Below, piece by piece: positions 51,932-64,000 of a stretch of DNA of 64,000 bases (within the stretch, counting starts at the first letter, position 1; each line of letters begins with the position of its first letter). The notes under the pieces are model-generated. The model was given only the letters and a program-made list of their open reading frames with translations, ran no database searches and was not told the origin of the DNA. Source of the stretch: Camelus dromedarius. Its lineage: Eukaryota. The position numbers and the translations under genes were made by a program. The stretch spans positions 44,518,001-44,582,000 of the forward strand of contig NC_087436.1 of NCBI RefSeq assembly GCF_036321535.1, given 5' to 3'.

Positions 51932-51966
<35 letters not shown>

Positions 51967-52020
51967 TATTAAACATGGCCTAGACCATGTTTGCACCATA
52001 TTAAGTGCACAATAAATTTA
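51840..52020 (+). mobile_element. MIR containing a (TA)n microsatellite at ~51936-51963
   Basis: gctgtgagaccttgacaag...tcagttttctaatatgtaacatggaga...tagggttgttgtgg...gtgcacaataaat. Confidence 0.7.
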
Positions 52021-52859
52021 GTCGTGTGTGTGTGTGAGAGAGAGACTGCTGTTTGGGTTGGGGAAGCCAATGAGTACTTCAAGGTTCAAACTTAGGTAGT
52101 ATGATTAATCAAAAAAAAAAAAAAAAAGAATTTAGGATGAGAGGATCTTTAGAGTAAGGTTGGAGGAGGGAGGTAGATGCCCAGATGAAAAGTGTGGTTA
52201 AAATCTTGCTGCATTTTAGATAGTGTTGCATTGTAGATATTGGCAGTACAGCCTAGTGGAGATGCCTTGCAAACAGTTATAAATGTGCTTGGGACTGAAT
52301 TTGAGAAACTCTATATAGGATAGTGTGGGTTTTTTTAGAGTACTGATAGAGAGATGAGGAAAGATGTCCAAATACAAGAGAGTTAAAAAGGAGAAAAATA
52401 ATTTTTAAAAGGTGGTAAATAAATAAATATCAAAACAGTGATGAAAATAAAGAAAAAAGAAATTTTAAAAGAGGAAATAGGTGTTAGGGTGAAATGTTAC
52501 ATGGAGATAAATTTAATAAAGTGGGATTAAAACTGAAGTAGACCCCAAATTTATTTGTCAAGTAAGTTTACAATATAATTTATAAAGTTAACAAACTCAG
52601 TGTCCCAAAATTATCTACATAAAATAGATTTTAAAAATGCATGCTTTTTAAACTTGGATTATGACTCTAGGGACCCTTTTCAGAAATTCACTAAAAATTT
52701 CAATTTCAGAAATAATGTCACACCTGCCTCTCTATTATCATTCATATGAATGTCGTTTATTTGGAGACTTGCCTACTAAAAACTGATTCACATAATTGCT
52801 TAGTGATTTTAGGCAGATTTCTGTCTCTGTGTTGAATGGATTCTGTTTTATTTAGAAAG

Positions 52860-53170
52860 TACCCACTGGAATTGAATCTTTGCCTTCAAGGAACTTACAA
52901 GCAGCTCGAAATCTAGGTGGAGAGATAAACATATTAAGAGATGATTTCGATTCAGGAAAGAAGCAAGTTCACTGATTGAAGGATGTATAGGTGCTGGAAG
53001 GGGCACTCAGTTCTGCCTCGGATTTTTTAAAGATGACAATGCCCAGTCCAATCTTAAAGGATGCTTAGAAGTTGGCCAGATAAATAAAGGGAAAGAGTGT
53101 TCCCAATACATGGGAGAAAATGAGTCGAGTCTCAGAAGTATAGAGCAGTGTATACTACAGAGGGAACCAA
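52860..53170 (-). mobile_element. L2 fragment
   Basis: tgccttcaaggaacttaca...atcttaaaggatgcttagaagttggccagataaa. Confidence 0.55.
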
Positions 53171-54238
53171 GAGTTAAAGTCCACCTAAAATACAATTTCT
53201 TGTTATCAGATGATAATGACTAAAAGCTTATTCAACAGAAAAATTTTTGTCAAATAGAACATTAGCTTTGCATTTTTTTAACCAATAAATGCTATCATTG
53301 GGATTTTGATTTACATATATAAGAAGGAAACTGACTTTTAAGAAAGCTGCCAATGCCTCTTTCTTTTAATTATCACTTTAAAAAAACCTGTATATAATTT
53401 TATATCATACTGAAAGTATACCATTTACTAGCATCTCCTGAAAGAAATGAAGATAATGAACTGTATGAAATGATTGTGTATGGAGCAGGGGATGATAAAC
53501 CAATCAAAATTCAGTATAGAAAGAAAAGATAGATTTTTTTTTTCCAAAATGGCATCATAATGTCACCTGTGGCCCAAATTTGTTTAGCCAGGGAACTAAT
53601 TTATTCATGTAATGCATCTAATTATTGATGTTAGTAATATAAACTTTAAAAAAGAGTTTTACATTTTCTAATTGCATATTATTTTAAAGGAGAAATTAAT
53701 CTGAATCTGTTTTGATAATGTGATAGTTACACATAATCCTCATGAGTTTCTGTCCAATCAGTGATAAATATGACAGAAACATTCCAGTAGTAGAAGAAAG
53801 CACAAGATGACCTGTTACTATTTTTGAGGGTAGTGAGATTCATTTATTTGATTCATCCGTACACTTCATTCATTCATTCATTCATTCAACCAGTAGTTAC
53901 AGAGCACCTCCTATGTGCTCATTAGAGATGCGTAGATGGATAAGGGATGTCTTTCCTATTCTCAGTTAGTCAATGCTCTCTAATAAACCAAACCTTTCCA
54001 CTTCCTCCTAGAAAACCTCCCAGTTGGTGTGCGTCACAAGTTATGAAAGGCAAAATAAGCCTGGAATACATTTATCTAGAATGTAAAGGACATCAAGAAA
54101 TCTCTACAACTTTAATCAAACTGTCAAGTCACGGAGGGTTGTGGTTAGAGGTTCTCTACCATTTTGAAGAGCTCATAAAACTCAGTTAGACAGCTGGAAA
54201 TCCCTGAACAGTCCCAAACTGAAAAGAATCCTCTAGAG

Positions 54239-54420
54239 TAGAGTCAGAAAACTTTTTCTATAAAGGATGAGATAATATGTATTTTTGATTTTGTGGGTCA
54301 TACAGTCTCCATAGAAATAATTTTACTCTGCTGTTTAGCACAAGTGTAGCTATAGACAGTATGTAAATAAATGGAAATGACTGTTTTAATAAAAAGTTAT
54401 TTACATAAGCAAGTTATGAA
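54239..54420. mobile_element. MER58A-like hAT-Charlie fragment
   Basis: gtcagaaaactttttctataaagga...tttgtgggtcatacagtctc...tactctgctg...tagacagtatgtaaataaatgg. Confidence 0.75.
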
Positions 54421-54439
54421 CCAAATGAGATTTCCAGAA

Positions 54440-54608
54440 ATCAAATTTAAATAAATTCAAGTTAGATAAAAATAAAAACTCAGTTCTTTAGTCCCACGAG
54501 CCATCTTCCAGGTGCTTAATAGCTGCATAAAACTCATGGCTACCGTATTGGATGCCACGGATTGTAGAACATTTTGGGCATTGCAGGAAGTACTGTTGGA
54601 CAACACTG
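54440..54608. mobile_element. MER33/MER3-like hAT-Charlie fragment
   Basis: ctcagttctttagtc...caggtgcttaatagc...tggctaccgtattgga...tagaacattt...cattgcaggaagtactgttggacaacactg. Confidence 0.75.
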
Positions 54609-55754
54609 CTCTAGACTTCCTTTATAGCACCTGACTATTCTCTCTCGGACATAGAAAGATAAGGAAGAGGTGCCTGGGTTTGAGCTTCCTGAAACTCGCA
54701 AGAGAAGTAGGGCAAAAATTAGGACTAGGAAGTTCTAAGAAGTTCTAAGAAGAATATATATGTTATACATATACATATATGAATATATGTCTTCACTATA
54801 ATCTTAACACAGTTCCCCACACCCTGAGAATCAGTGTATTGAAACATGTATGTTCTTATCAAGATTAATGTATTAATGCACACAGCATCACATTAGCTAA
54901 AGTTGACATCAGTGACTGAGTAGCTATGAACTCTGTATGTATCCCAGTATATAGTTTCTCAATGTACGTAATTTTTTTCCTTATTAAAGATTACTAAAGA
55001 AGCCAGGGACCTTAATATTTTCACTTATTTCTGCTGGCTTTTATCAGTGAATGAGACAAAGCTTACATGAATTTTTTCCCAAGTTCAAGCATTTGTCAAG
55101 AAAGCATTATAAAATAGTGCAAGTCTTCTAGACAAATAGATAAATCTTCTAGATAAATAAAAGTTAAGGAAAGCGTACACTTGGCTCTAAAGCTGGTAAG
55201 AAATCAAAGATCACTCTAATAGCGCCATGAAAGAAAATGAACAAGCATTAGATGACTTTGTTTTGATTTAAACTATACTCAAAGGATTCTAATTATTAGG
55301 CTAAATTAATTGAGTTTGAAATTTGAATACAGTGAAGAACAGTGTCAGTGTTACTGAGAAAGGTGATTCTAAATGAATCGTCCTTAGTCACTTCTGAATA
55401 ACTTGGAAATTATCACGTGTGATGATAATTGGTAAACATCTGTGGCTCTAAGACTGTTTCATAGTGACAGTTTCTTTCAGAAGTGTTAATAGTTACTTTA
55501 AGCATTTTTCTCGGCAAAGATAACAGGCCACCCGTACTTTCTGTGTTAAGTAGTTTATTTTGTATCTCTCTCCTGTATTTTGCAATTTTTGATGACCCTT
55601 CTTATTATGTCAACACTGTAGGAAAGATGTTCCTTCTCAGAGCAGATACTTTGCTTTGCTTTCAATAATTATATATTAAATTGCTGTTTGAATTTTCTAG
55701 AAATTATCAGGAACACCTATTTAATATCTGAATGCTTTTTTATGATTTGACTTT

Positions 55755-55830
55755 CTTTTTCCCCCTTTTTATTGAAGTATAATTGACTTTCAACATTTTA
55801 TTAATTTCAGGTGTACAACATAGTGATTCA
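55755..55830 (-). mobile_element. Short L1 3' terminus
   Basis: ttttattgaagtataattgac...tttcaggtgtacaacatagtgattca, the same terminus type as at 10570 and 30900. Confidence 0.7.
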
Positions 55831-56694
55831 ATGCCTTCTAATATTAAGTAGTGCTGGGAAAATGAGTCATATTTCAGTAAAATCTTTTCTGTCTATGGTT
55901 TTGAATATGGAAAATAAAACTTTCTACCTCTAATTTCTATAAACAGAAGCCTGTCCTGGGGTCTGCTTTCTTCTATCTGTGGGTTTCAGTGTGAAGGTAA
56001 ATCAGTAAGGCCCTCAGCATGTGCTCCCACTGCAGGTAAGGTACATATGGAACTTTTGTGTTCCACCAAAGCAGAGCAGAGAGGCAGAGAACTACAGATC
56101 ATAAAAGGAAAGGCAGAAATTGAGTTTATCTACCACTGAAAGGCTCTACTAACCACAAGGGGATTTAAACCAAATGTCCAAAGGAGTCTCAAAATGTCGA
56201 ACCTGATACTTAAACCACGAGCCATTCTCTTGTGTTTATCCAATGTGCTTCTTACACTGACCCCTGGATATTAGAAGGACCCTGTGCCCTTGTGGGAGCC
56301 TTTCCACATGCTTCCATTATTAAATGAGTTTGTTCAGCTCTGACTTCAATTGTGATAGTAAACACTATTTCCCACCTTAAAAAGTGAGGATGAACTCTGG
56401 GTGGACATAGTCAGCACACTTAATGTCTCCAGTGGTTTTCCAGTTTGGGAAGGAAGTACGAATGTTATAAGAACTTACAGATGTGTTGGACATAATGTCT
56501 TAAAACTCTCTTGCTCATTATTTTAATAGTACGTTTTGGTTTTCTGGTGCCCTTTGATTTTAGCAAATTCTCTGGAGCCTGTTTCATAGGGGTTTTCATT
56601 TGTTTTCTCTTTAAAAATCATTTCTTCCAGGAGACATCCTCAAACACGTGAACATTTGTATTCAATTCAAGCTCCAAGCTTCGTGTGGAATAAC

Positions 56695-57020
56695 ACTTAA
56701 GAGACCACTCGGAAGCTTCAGACTCTGAAAATGCTGTGGGCTGCTTGCTTAACTAGATTGGCTACATGAAGCGTGTTACACCTGTGCTCTGGTGTCTGCG
56801 CTGATTGCCTTTTCGCTTCTGAGTGCAATTCAAGGTGAACATTTTAATCTCTAAGACCCTGTATGGCTTGGGACCCAGTTATCTGATAAATTGCCTCTTT
56901 CCCTGGGCCCGGGAATTAATATCAGCCAGACTACTGCCGCTCACAGTTCCCTGTTCTTAAATTGAGGCAAGAGGTATGCATGGAGCGTATAAGACCCATC
57001 TCACTGGGACTGCCTAGCAC
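56695..57020 (+). mobile_element. Ancient L2-clade LINE ORF2 C-terminal fossil (amniote/fish-type)
   Basis: TTRKLQTL, then a frameshift, then NAVGCLLN*IGYMKRVTPVLWCLR*LPFRF*VQFKVNILISKTLYGLGPSYLINCLFPWARELISARLLPLTVP (frame from 56730); compare L2 motif LQLVQNAAARLL....HITPVL..LHWLPV.FR.QFK...L..KAL.GLGP.YL...L....R.LRS....L.VP. Confidence 0.8.
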
Positions 57021-58569
57021 TTTTTAGGTGAGCGAGCACATACATATAGCGGGTCAGAGTTTCCAGCCAACAGCCTATTCTTTCTGATAATTAGTTTTTA
57101 AATTATTCTCAGCACTTTACTTACACATTTCCTTTTTCAATATCATTAACAATTTGCTTTGATAATAAATCCTTAACTCTTTAGCATCAAGTAAAAGTCC
57201 CTGTATTATTTAAGTTCTCAGGAACATAGATCGTGGTTGGATTTAATGGACAGGTGAAGTATTCCTAAAAGAAACACACGTATTCAATAAATGTTTAGCA
57301 GAGTCTCACTATGTGCCAAGTACTTTTCTAAACACTAAGGTACAAATACAAAAGGAGATTATATAATGAAAGAAACATATCACTGTTTAAGAATAACTGG
57401 TCTGTAAAGTCAGTGTTTGCTGCTTTCCTTGTGTAAAATATTAGTGATGGTATTTGGTGAAATTAATAATATTTTAGTCTTACATGCTTAATGCATACAA
57501 CTCTAAACACGGATATGAATGAACATTATTTGACATTGTTTTATAAGATTACACATGAGTTAGTGATATTGGTTCAAATCTGTCCAATTCTAATTACCTT
57601 CACAAAAAAGGAATGCAGTAAAAGGATATAAATAGCTTACAGAATTAGAGCAAAAGCAGAGTTTATCTTAGGAAGGACAGGAATCTGGGACAATCCCAGG
57701 TTCTAGGGAAAGACTAAAGGAAACTCAGGGTACTTCTCTCAAAATGAATCCATTCCAACTGTTTTGGTCACTGCATCACTCTGTTCAAGATTCAGTTATC
57801 AGGAAGTAAGGCAAAAGGGGAAAATATAAATGTTAACTGCAGATTGCAGCCACAAGATGAATTTGTCTATTTAAAATTTGGTCAATGGCAGCTTCCTCTA
57901 ATAGGTTTTGTATTTGTCTACTCATGTCATGGCAGTTTGCTCTGCTTGTTCCCTGGCTGAAGGCTGAGCTCCAATCCAACCTTTAGTTTAAATTTTGTCT
58001 CTAGTTTGGAAAAAGTATTGAATTTCTTTCTCAGTATTCTGACCTTGCTGCTCTGGTCCCCATAATTGGATTTCTGCATCAAATACAAGTTCACAATAAC
58101 AATCTCCTGCTCCAGGCCCAAGTCTCCCAGTGCTTTGGGATCTGACCATGATTACTGAACCTCCCTCACTTTCCCAGCCTTCTTGTAGCACCTCTATTAA
58201 TGGTCCAATTGATCTTTATTAATTGATTTTCTTACTTTTACTTGAAGGACAGTGAGGGATGGAGCTCTGATTTGACTTTGGTTAATGGTACTTACCGCCC
58301 GTGTCTCCTTCTCCTGCTTCGTCTGACTCCTAACAATCCTAAGGGGGAAAATGATTTTAAATCCAGTCCTTGAACTTGCAATGGCAGATGTGTCTTTTTT
58401 ACATATAGTTCTTACTGGAATTTATGTATTTAATTGCTCAAGGCTTTACTAGTCCCTTGAAGTCTTACTGGACATATAGTTCTTATCTTCTTTGGTATGA
58501 CTTTCTCTTTTCTTCCCACGTACCAGGTATGATACTACCAAAAGTAATGAACTCTTGCTTTCTTTTATG

Positions 58570-59150
58570 TACTCAGTTAAACCAATAGGTTCTTATTAGA
58601 CATCTCTGCATGGACATACAACTTTTAGTAATGAAAAAGATGAATTCAAACCTTTCAATTGCTTATAGTCTAGTGAAAAAAAAAATGCACATTAAACATG
58701 GAGGCTACAACAACAGGGCAAAGTTGTATGTAACTTAGTGCCGAAATAAGAGTTACAGAAACAAATACTACAGAGATTTAGAGAAGAGAGGATGCTATAT
58801 AGACATACTCAGAGAGGGAGGGAAAAGATAGGACTTGATCTTGAAGCAGAAGTGAGAATAGAACCTGGGTAAATGGTTCAGAGAGAGTAAATGGGAGGGC
58901 TTATTGAACAAATATTTACAATAAAGTGTTTATTTGATTTGTTCAGAAGACAATTATAATATTGACCAGAGTCAAGAACTGACTCATTGGAAGAACAATT
59001 GGGAGATAAATCTGCAAACAGAAAATGGAATCAGATTGTGAAAGCTGTGTCCTTTGAATTTCTTTCTAAAGGCAGCCCATGTCAGCCTTCTGAGAAAGGC
59101 AAAACCATGATTTACTATGTAACTTTTTTTTTAACTTTGGCATTGGAGAA
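58570..59150 (-). mobile_element. L2 fragment
   Basis: ctttcaattgcttatagtctagtg...ggacttgatcttgaag...aatcagattgtgaaag. Confidence 0.5.
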
Positions 59151-59643
59151 TAGAGGGAAAAGAAGGCCAAATTTTGTTTTGTTTTCTTATGCAATATTGA
59201 AGAGATTGTGCAATTTTAATAGTGCTTATTTCTGGTTATTAAAAAACTAAATCAATGTAGAAAACATAGGGAAGTAGAAAAAAATCTAAAGCCATTTGTG
59301 TTCTTAGAGACCAGAGGTAGGTCTTGTTAATAAACACGTGTTTCAAATCAACTTTTTTATAATTTACAAATTTGGGATATTTCTTTATTAGTTAGTTGTC
59401 TTTACTATTGCTTCAGAAGTATCTTCTCATTTTCTTCATGGCTTTGAGATATTTAACCCCTTTATCTGAAATAGTCCATTTCTTCTAAGAATATAAAACT
59501 TTTATCAATATATAGGAATTTCCTTACCACACTTATTTTTCATCCAGGATTCTGTTTTCCTTCTTGTTTTTGTTTATATTTGTAGCATTATTAAATCAGG
59601 GTATAATATTGGAGTTTACCAACCTGTTAAAATCCAATAGGAC

Positions 59644-59718
59644 CACTGAATTGTGTACTTTAAAGTAGTGAATTTTATGGTATATGAATTTTATCTCAAC
59701 AGAGCTGTTGTAAAAAAA
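59644..59718 (+). mobile_element. Short L1MB-type 3' terminus
   Basis: cactgaattgtgtactttaaagtagtgaattttatggtatatgaattttatctcaa plus poly(A); degenerate TSD aaaatccaataggac / aaaatccagtggac. Confidence 0.7.
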
Positions 59719-62679
59719 AAAATCCAGTGGACTTTCTTCTTGTTTCAAATCTATTCCTATTGCAGCAATTTCTGTAAGGTAAAATATAGAGAGATAGGAA
59801 AATTTCTACAAAAAAATTTCAGTTGCACCAGGCCTCTTAAAACTTGAGCTTTTCACAGACTTATGTCCTTTTGTTTTTCAGTGTAAAAAAGGAAGAGATT
59901 ACTGAATGGTTTCTGAAAGCAGTTTCTCTTGGGATCATGCAGTTTAAATGTGTGTTCTCCTAATGTTCCATGTATTAAAGTTAGGACCAGAAGAAAATAT
60001 TCTGTTTACATGCTGTGTGACTCAAAATCTTTTGTTTCTATTTTGAGATTCATTTATTTAAACTGCAAAAAGAAAAAACTTTCTTTATAAAACAATCCCT
60101 GATTTTTATCGATTCTCTATGTGGGTTTACATTGTTTGAGAGGTACCTTTCTAAAAGAATGATGATAAATACTCATAAGTATGATCAAGCCAATGTTAAA
60201 ATAAAAACACCCCCAAATGAAAGGAAACGAAGTTTATGAATGACTTCTAGGAAACAAAGTAGATTATGTAAAATCTGTATCTTTTGGAGTAATTTTCTAG
60301 AGGTATAGTTTCTTAACTGTTATTACTCAAAATCATATAATTTATAATTTTAAATAATGTTTTAAGTTTATTTAATATTAAGATATTCAATTTTGTTTTT
60401 CTAGAGAGAAGTTACTTTTTAATTCTTTTAAGATAACAGGGAACAAAGAAAATATTGAAGAAGAAACTGTCTCCCTTGACCCTTCAAAGAGACACCTCCA
60501 GTCTGCCTTCCCATTCTTTAAATACAATGGGATGTTTGATTTTTCAAGAGATTTTAGAGACTATCTAATCAATGCTTTATCTTAGAGATGAGATTGCTGG
60601 AAGTCTAGAAATATGAATGCAGAAACCTAGGTCTCTCATGTCAGCTATTATACTTTCCATTATGCCATTCTGTTTAAGATCCAGATTTAGAATTAATTTT
60701 AATGGAATGACCCATGACATGGATTAATTTTCAAACTTTAATTCTCATAAAAGGAATGTATACTCTTGAAAATAAGGCTGTTACAAGAATGTAAGTTTTC
60801 ATTAAAAATGATTTTACAAAGTTTTGGGTATACTGAAACTCTATCAGGTCCACCTGTTCCTGTCTGACAGATTGCATTTGAGTAACAGTTGTGGGGTCCC
60901 AGGCATCCAACCTCATGATACTCAGGACACATGTGAACATCAGGGCCCAACAGTGGTTTTATAAACTCTTTGATTATTTACATTCATTTCATCTGCTAGG
61001 CAAGTTACCAAATATCAATTACTATAGATTATTAAATTAAAATTTTATAAAATTAAAAATGAGATCCCCTATTTAAAAAAATAATATTTGCATAGCAATA
61101 TCTTAGTTTGTTTCATAGTGTAATTGTTCACTCTCTGCTATATTTCATTGGTGTTCAGACTACATGATGATGTACACATACTTATGTATGCACACATATA
61201 TATGAATAAATATATATGTGAATATGTGAATAATATTAGTAGCATTGGTATTGTGAAATGATGGGAAGGATTTGTTTGAGATTATAAATGTAATCTTTTA
61301 TTTATTTATTTTTTCAGTACATATTTTTGAAGGGAATTTTTAAAGTTGGAATTCCTAATGTAACATAGAAAACCCAATTTCCCTGAAAAATTTGTTTAAC
61401 AGTGGCATAAAACTATGAAAATTTTCTGGTTAACCAAAAATTATTAATTTCCATAAATGGAAATAATTTAGGAACATGAATTTTGGGTCTGTTAATAATC
61501 AATTTAAGTAATTTTTGAGAAAATTTTATTTCAGAAGTATTAAAACATGTAGATATTACATCAATTTAATTTATTTTAGTGACCGTCCTCGAGAACTTCT
61601 TTCTTCTAAAAATCGTTATTTATTATCGTACCCTGCCTTCTCTGCCTTTCCTTGTTTCCACACCCTTCTTCTTCTGTCATACCATTACCTTTTATTGTAA
61701 TTAGATCTTCTGTTGTAACTAGAATCACTTTCCTTGATTCAAAAATCTATAAGATGATTCTGATCATTGAAAGCAAGTAAAGAGTTTAAAATATAATAGT
61801 ATAAAATGTTATTTAGATCAGAATTAAGTTTATTTGATTAGGTAGGTCTGTTGAATAGGAAATGTACTCCATTGGTCACTGAGTCACATAACATCTTAGT
61901 TTCGCTTATATTAGGCTCATGGTGTTATTTTACAGTTCCTCTCCCCCTGGAATTTCCAATTGTCTTTATTTTCTCTTGTCTGTAAAAAGCAACATCTAGC
62001 TATACTTTATCATTGTGAACACAGACCTACTTAATTATACCAGATCAAACTGGAATCCACTCTTTTCTGAGGACCTTTATCTCAAAGCCTCTGATTTTCT
62101 GTTTTAACACAGATGGCATGATCACTTTCTAGACCTGCTGCAACCTATCATTTATATCTTCCAAACCTGGGAGTCAGGAAATATAATCTGCAATGATGGA
62201 ATGAGAAATGGAGGTTTGAATACATTACTTAAGGTATTACGTACTAAAATAAAAAATGAAAAAAGTTAAAAAGTATCTGCATACTATTTTTAGGAGAAGG
62301 GATGTAGTGGCGTAAGGCAGTATAATTAATATTTTTTATTGAGGTGAAACTATTGATAATATCTAAATGTGTATGTTTAGAAATTAAGGTATAAGCATAG
62401 TTATTTGAATTATTTAAATAACCATCAAAGAATAAAAAAACTAGAAATGAATGTAGGAGAGAGACTTTTCCTTTTCATTGTTTAAACATCCATATTTGGG
62501 AATTTTGTTACCTTCAGTCTGTTTTCTCTTATAATGATAATAAAAGATAACCACTTTAGAAAGAAAAAATTAACATGACCTGAATCTAAAATATCTAAAA
62601 TTAGTTAGTATCTATTAGCAAAGGGCAAATGAGAGAATAAATATTTTTAGAATGAAAGTCCATATTACTTCATATTAAA

Positions 62680-62950
62680 AAGTGTTTATTGAGGGCCACC
62701 TATGGGACTGGACTATATTTAGTGTTGGACGTACAACAAGGAATGATAAAAATGTGTCCCTTTCCTCATAGACCTAGTAGTTTAGATAAATAAAGAAGCA
62801 CATAAATAAATACAAAGTCTACCTTGAGGGTAAAAGAGTATTCTAAAAATACTTAAGAGGACAATTAACCCAGATTTGAGAAGGCAAGAAGTCTTCAAAG
62901 AAGAGAACAGCTAAGCTAAAGGCTATATAGAAAGGTAGATGACACTCAGA
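62680..62950 (-). mobile_element. L2 3' fragment
   Basis: gtttattgagggccacctatggg...gtccctttcctcatagacctagtag. Confidence 0.55.
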
Positions 62951-63229
62951 ATAACACCTGTCCCATACTTCTATCCTCACCTCAGTGCACACTTGTCTAA
63001 ATTTGTCAACTATTATAAAAAATATTTATCTTTTTCTCTCACAAAGTAAAAACAAAACCAACAAAACACACACACAAGCAAGCACATTTTTAAAAAAGCC
63101 TTCTGATTTTACACTGGAGACCAATCTAATTACCATCCTAAAGTACCGGATTATGATTCCATGTAGCTGCAACCATGAAATGATATAGTGCTATATCCAT
63201 ACCACATTTGTTGTTTCCAATGAAAACAA

Positions 63230-63740
63230 CCATCATACTGCTATGTAGTAAACTACCACAAAATCACAGCAGTCTACAGTATTGAACATTTATTTAGGTG
63301 TTTATCTGGACAGTTGGAATCAGTGGATCTAAGCCCAGCACAGCTGTGTGGCTCCACTAATCTTAGCTGACCTTGCTCAAGAGCTTTGGGGCTCACTGGA
63401 GCTCAGATCATCTTAATTGGTCTCTATAGCAGCAGCTCGGCTAGGTCTCATGTATTCCTTACACTACTTCTGGAACTAGCAGGCTAGCCCAGGCATAGTA
63501 GGTTGATCCCAGGGGTCTCTGAAAGAGAAATACAATGTGTGAGGGCTTTCAAGGCCTAGGCTCAGAGCTACCATACCATCAATTCTGTCTTACCCTATTG
63601 GTCAAAGCAAGTCATTTGGCCCAACCTGAAGCCAAGGAGCAGAAAAAATATTCTGCCCCTCCAGTGGGAGAATCTGAAAAGTCACAGAGAAAAGAGTGAA
63701 TATAGGGAAGATTAAGAATTGAGGCAGTTGATGCAAGTAT
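63230..63740 (-). mobile_element. MaLR LTR (MLT1I/J-like)
   Basis: ggctagcccaggcat...aaggcctaggctcagagcta...ctattggtcaaagcaagtca...ctccagtgggagaatctgaaaagtcaca. Confidence 0.7.
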
Positions 63741-64000
63741 ACAAGTACTGAAACCTAGACTAATTATAAGAATGTTTCTTAAAAAATTTCCACTACACCA
63801 TTTCCATAGCTTTTTTGAAGTAACACACTTCAAAACATTTTCAGAAGCTCTTCTTTTCCTGATGGTTCTAAACATGTGCTATGTTGTCCTGTTAGATTAT
63901 CCTGCCTTGCCACCCTTAGAAGATTTTAATTTCAACTGGCTTTATATAGTTAAATGCACCAATAATCATAAATATGACTTGACTACCAAGCAAAATAGGT

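Noticed and set aside
1..64000. Prokaryotic-style systems (CRISPR arrays, operons, defence islands) or a named host gene
   Set aside because: The sequence is mammalian non-coding DNA with no regularly spaced repeat-spacer array, no long ORF and no exon I can assign to a known gene

Overview
AT-rich, CpG-poor eutherian mammal genomic DNA. It is probably a camelid, inferred from a short tRNA-derived Vic-1-like SINE, camelid-type L1 3' ends, and the absence of Alu, B1, Bov-A, BovB and PRE SINEs. I found no credible host protein-coding exon, RNA gene or CRISPR array. The supplied ORFs are either chance ORFs or decayed L1, HAL1 or Tigger reading frames. The window looks like the intron of a large gene or gene-desert DNA. 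It has an essentially transposon-free first ~6.4 kb, followed by a mosaic of L1, L2, MIR, MaLR/ERVL, hAT and Tc1/mariner relics. The most notable items are: an ancient fish/reptile-type L2 ORF2 C-terminal fossil still readable in frame (56.7-57.0 kb, candidate exaptation); a twin-primed 5'-inverted L1 inserted into an ERVL pol fossil; several nested L1 insertions with target-site duplications (TSDs); a compact solo LTR with intact promoter motifs; two perfect inverted repeats; and a few candidate cryptic exons. I cannot support a novel multi-gene system. Repeat family names are recalled by eye, not from a database search, and boundaries are approximate unless a TSD is given.
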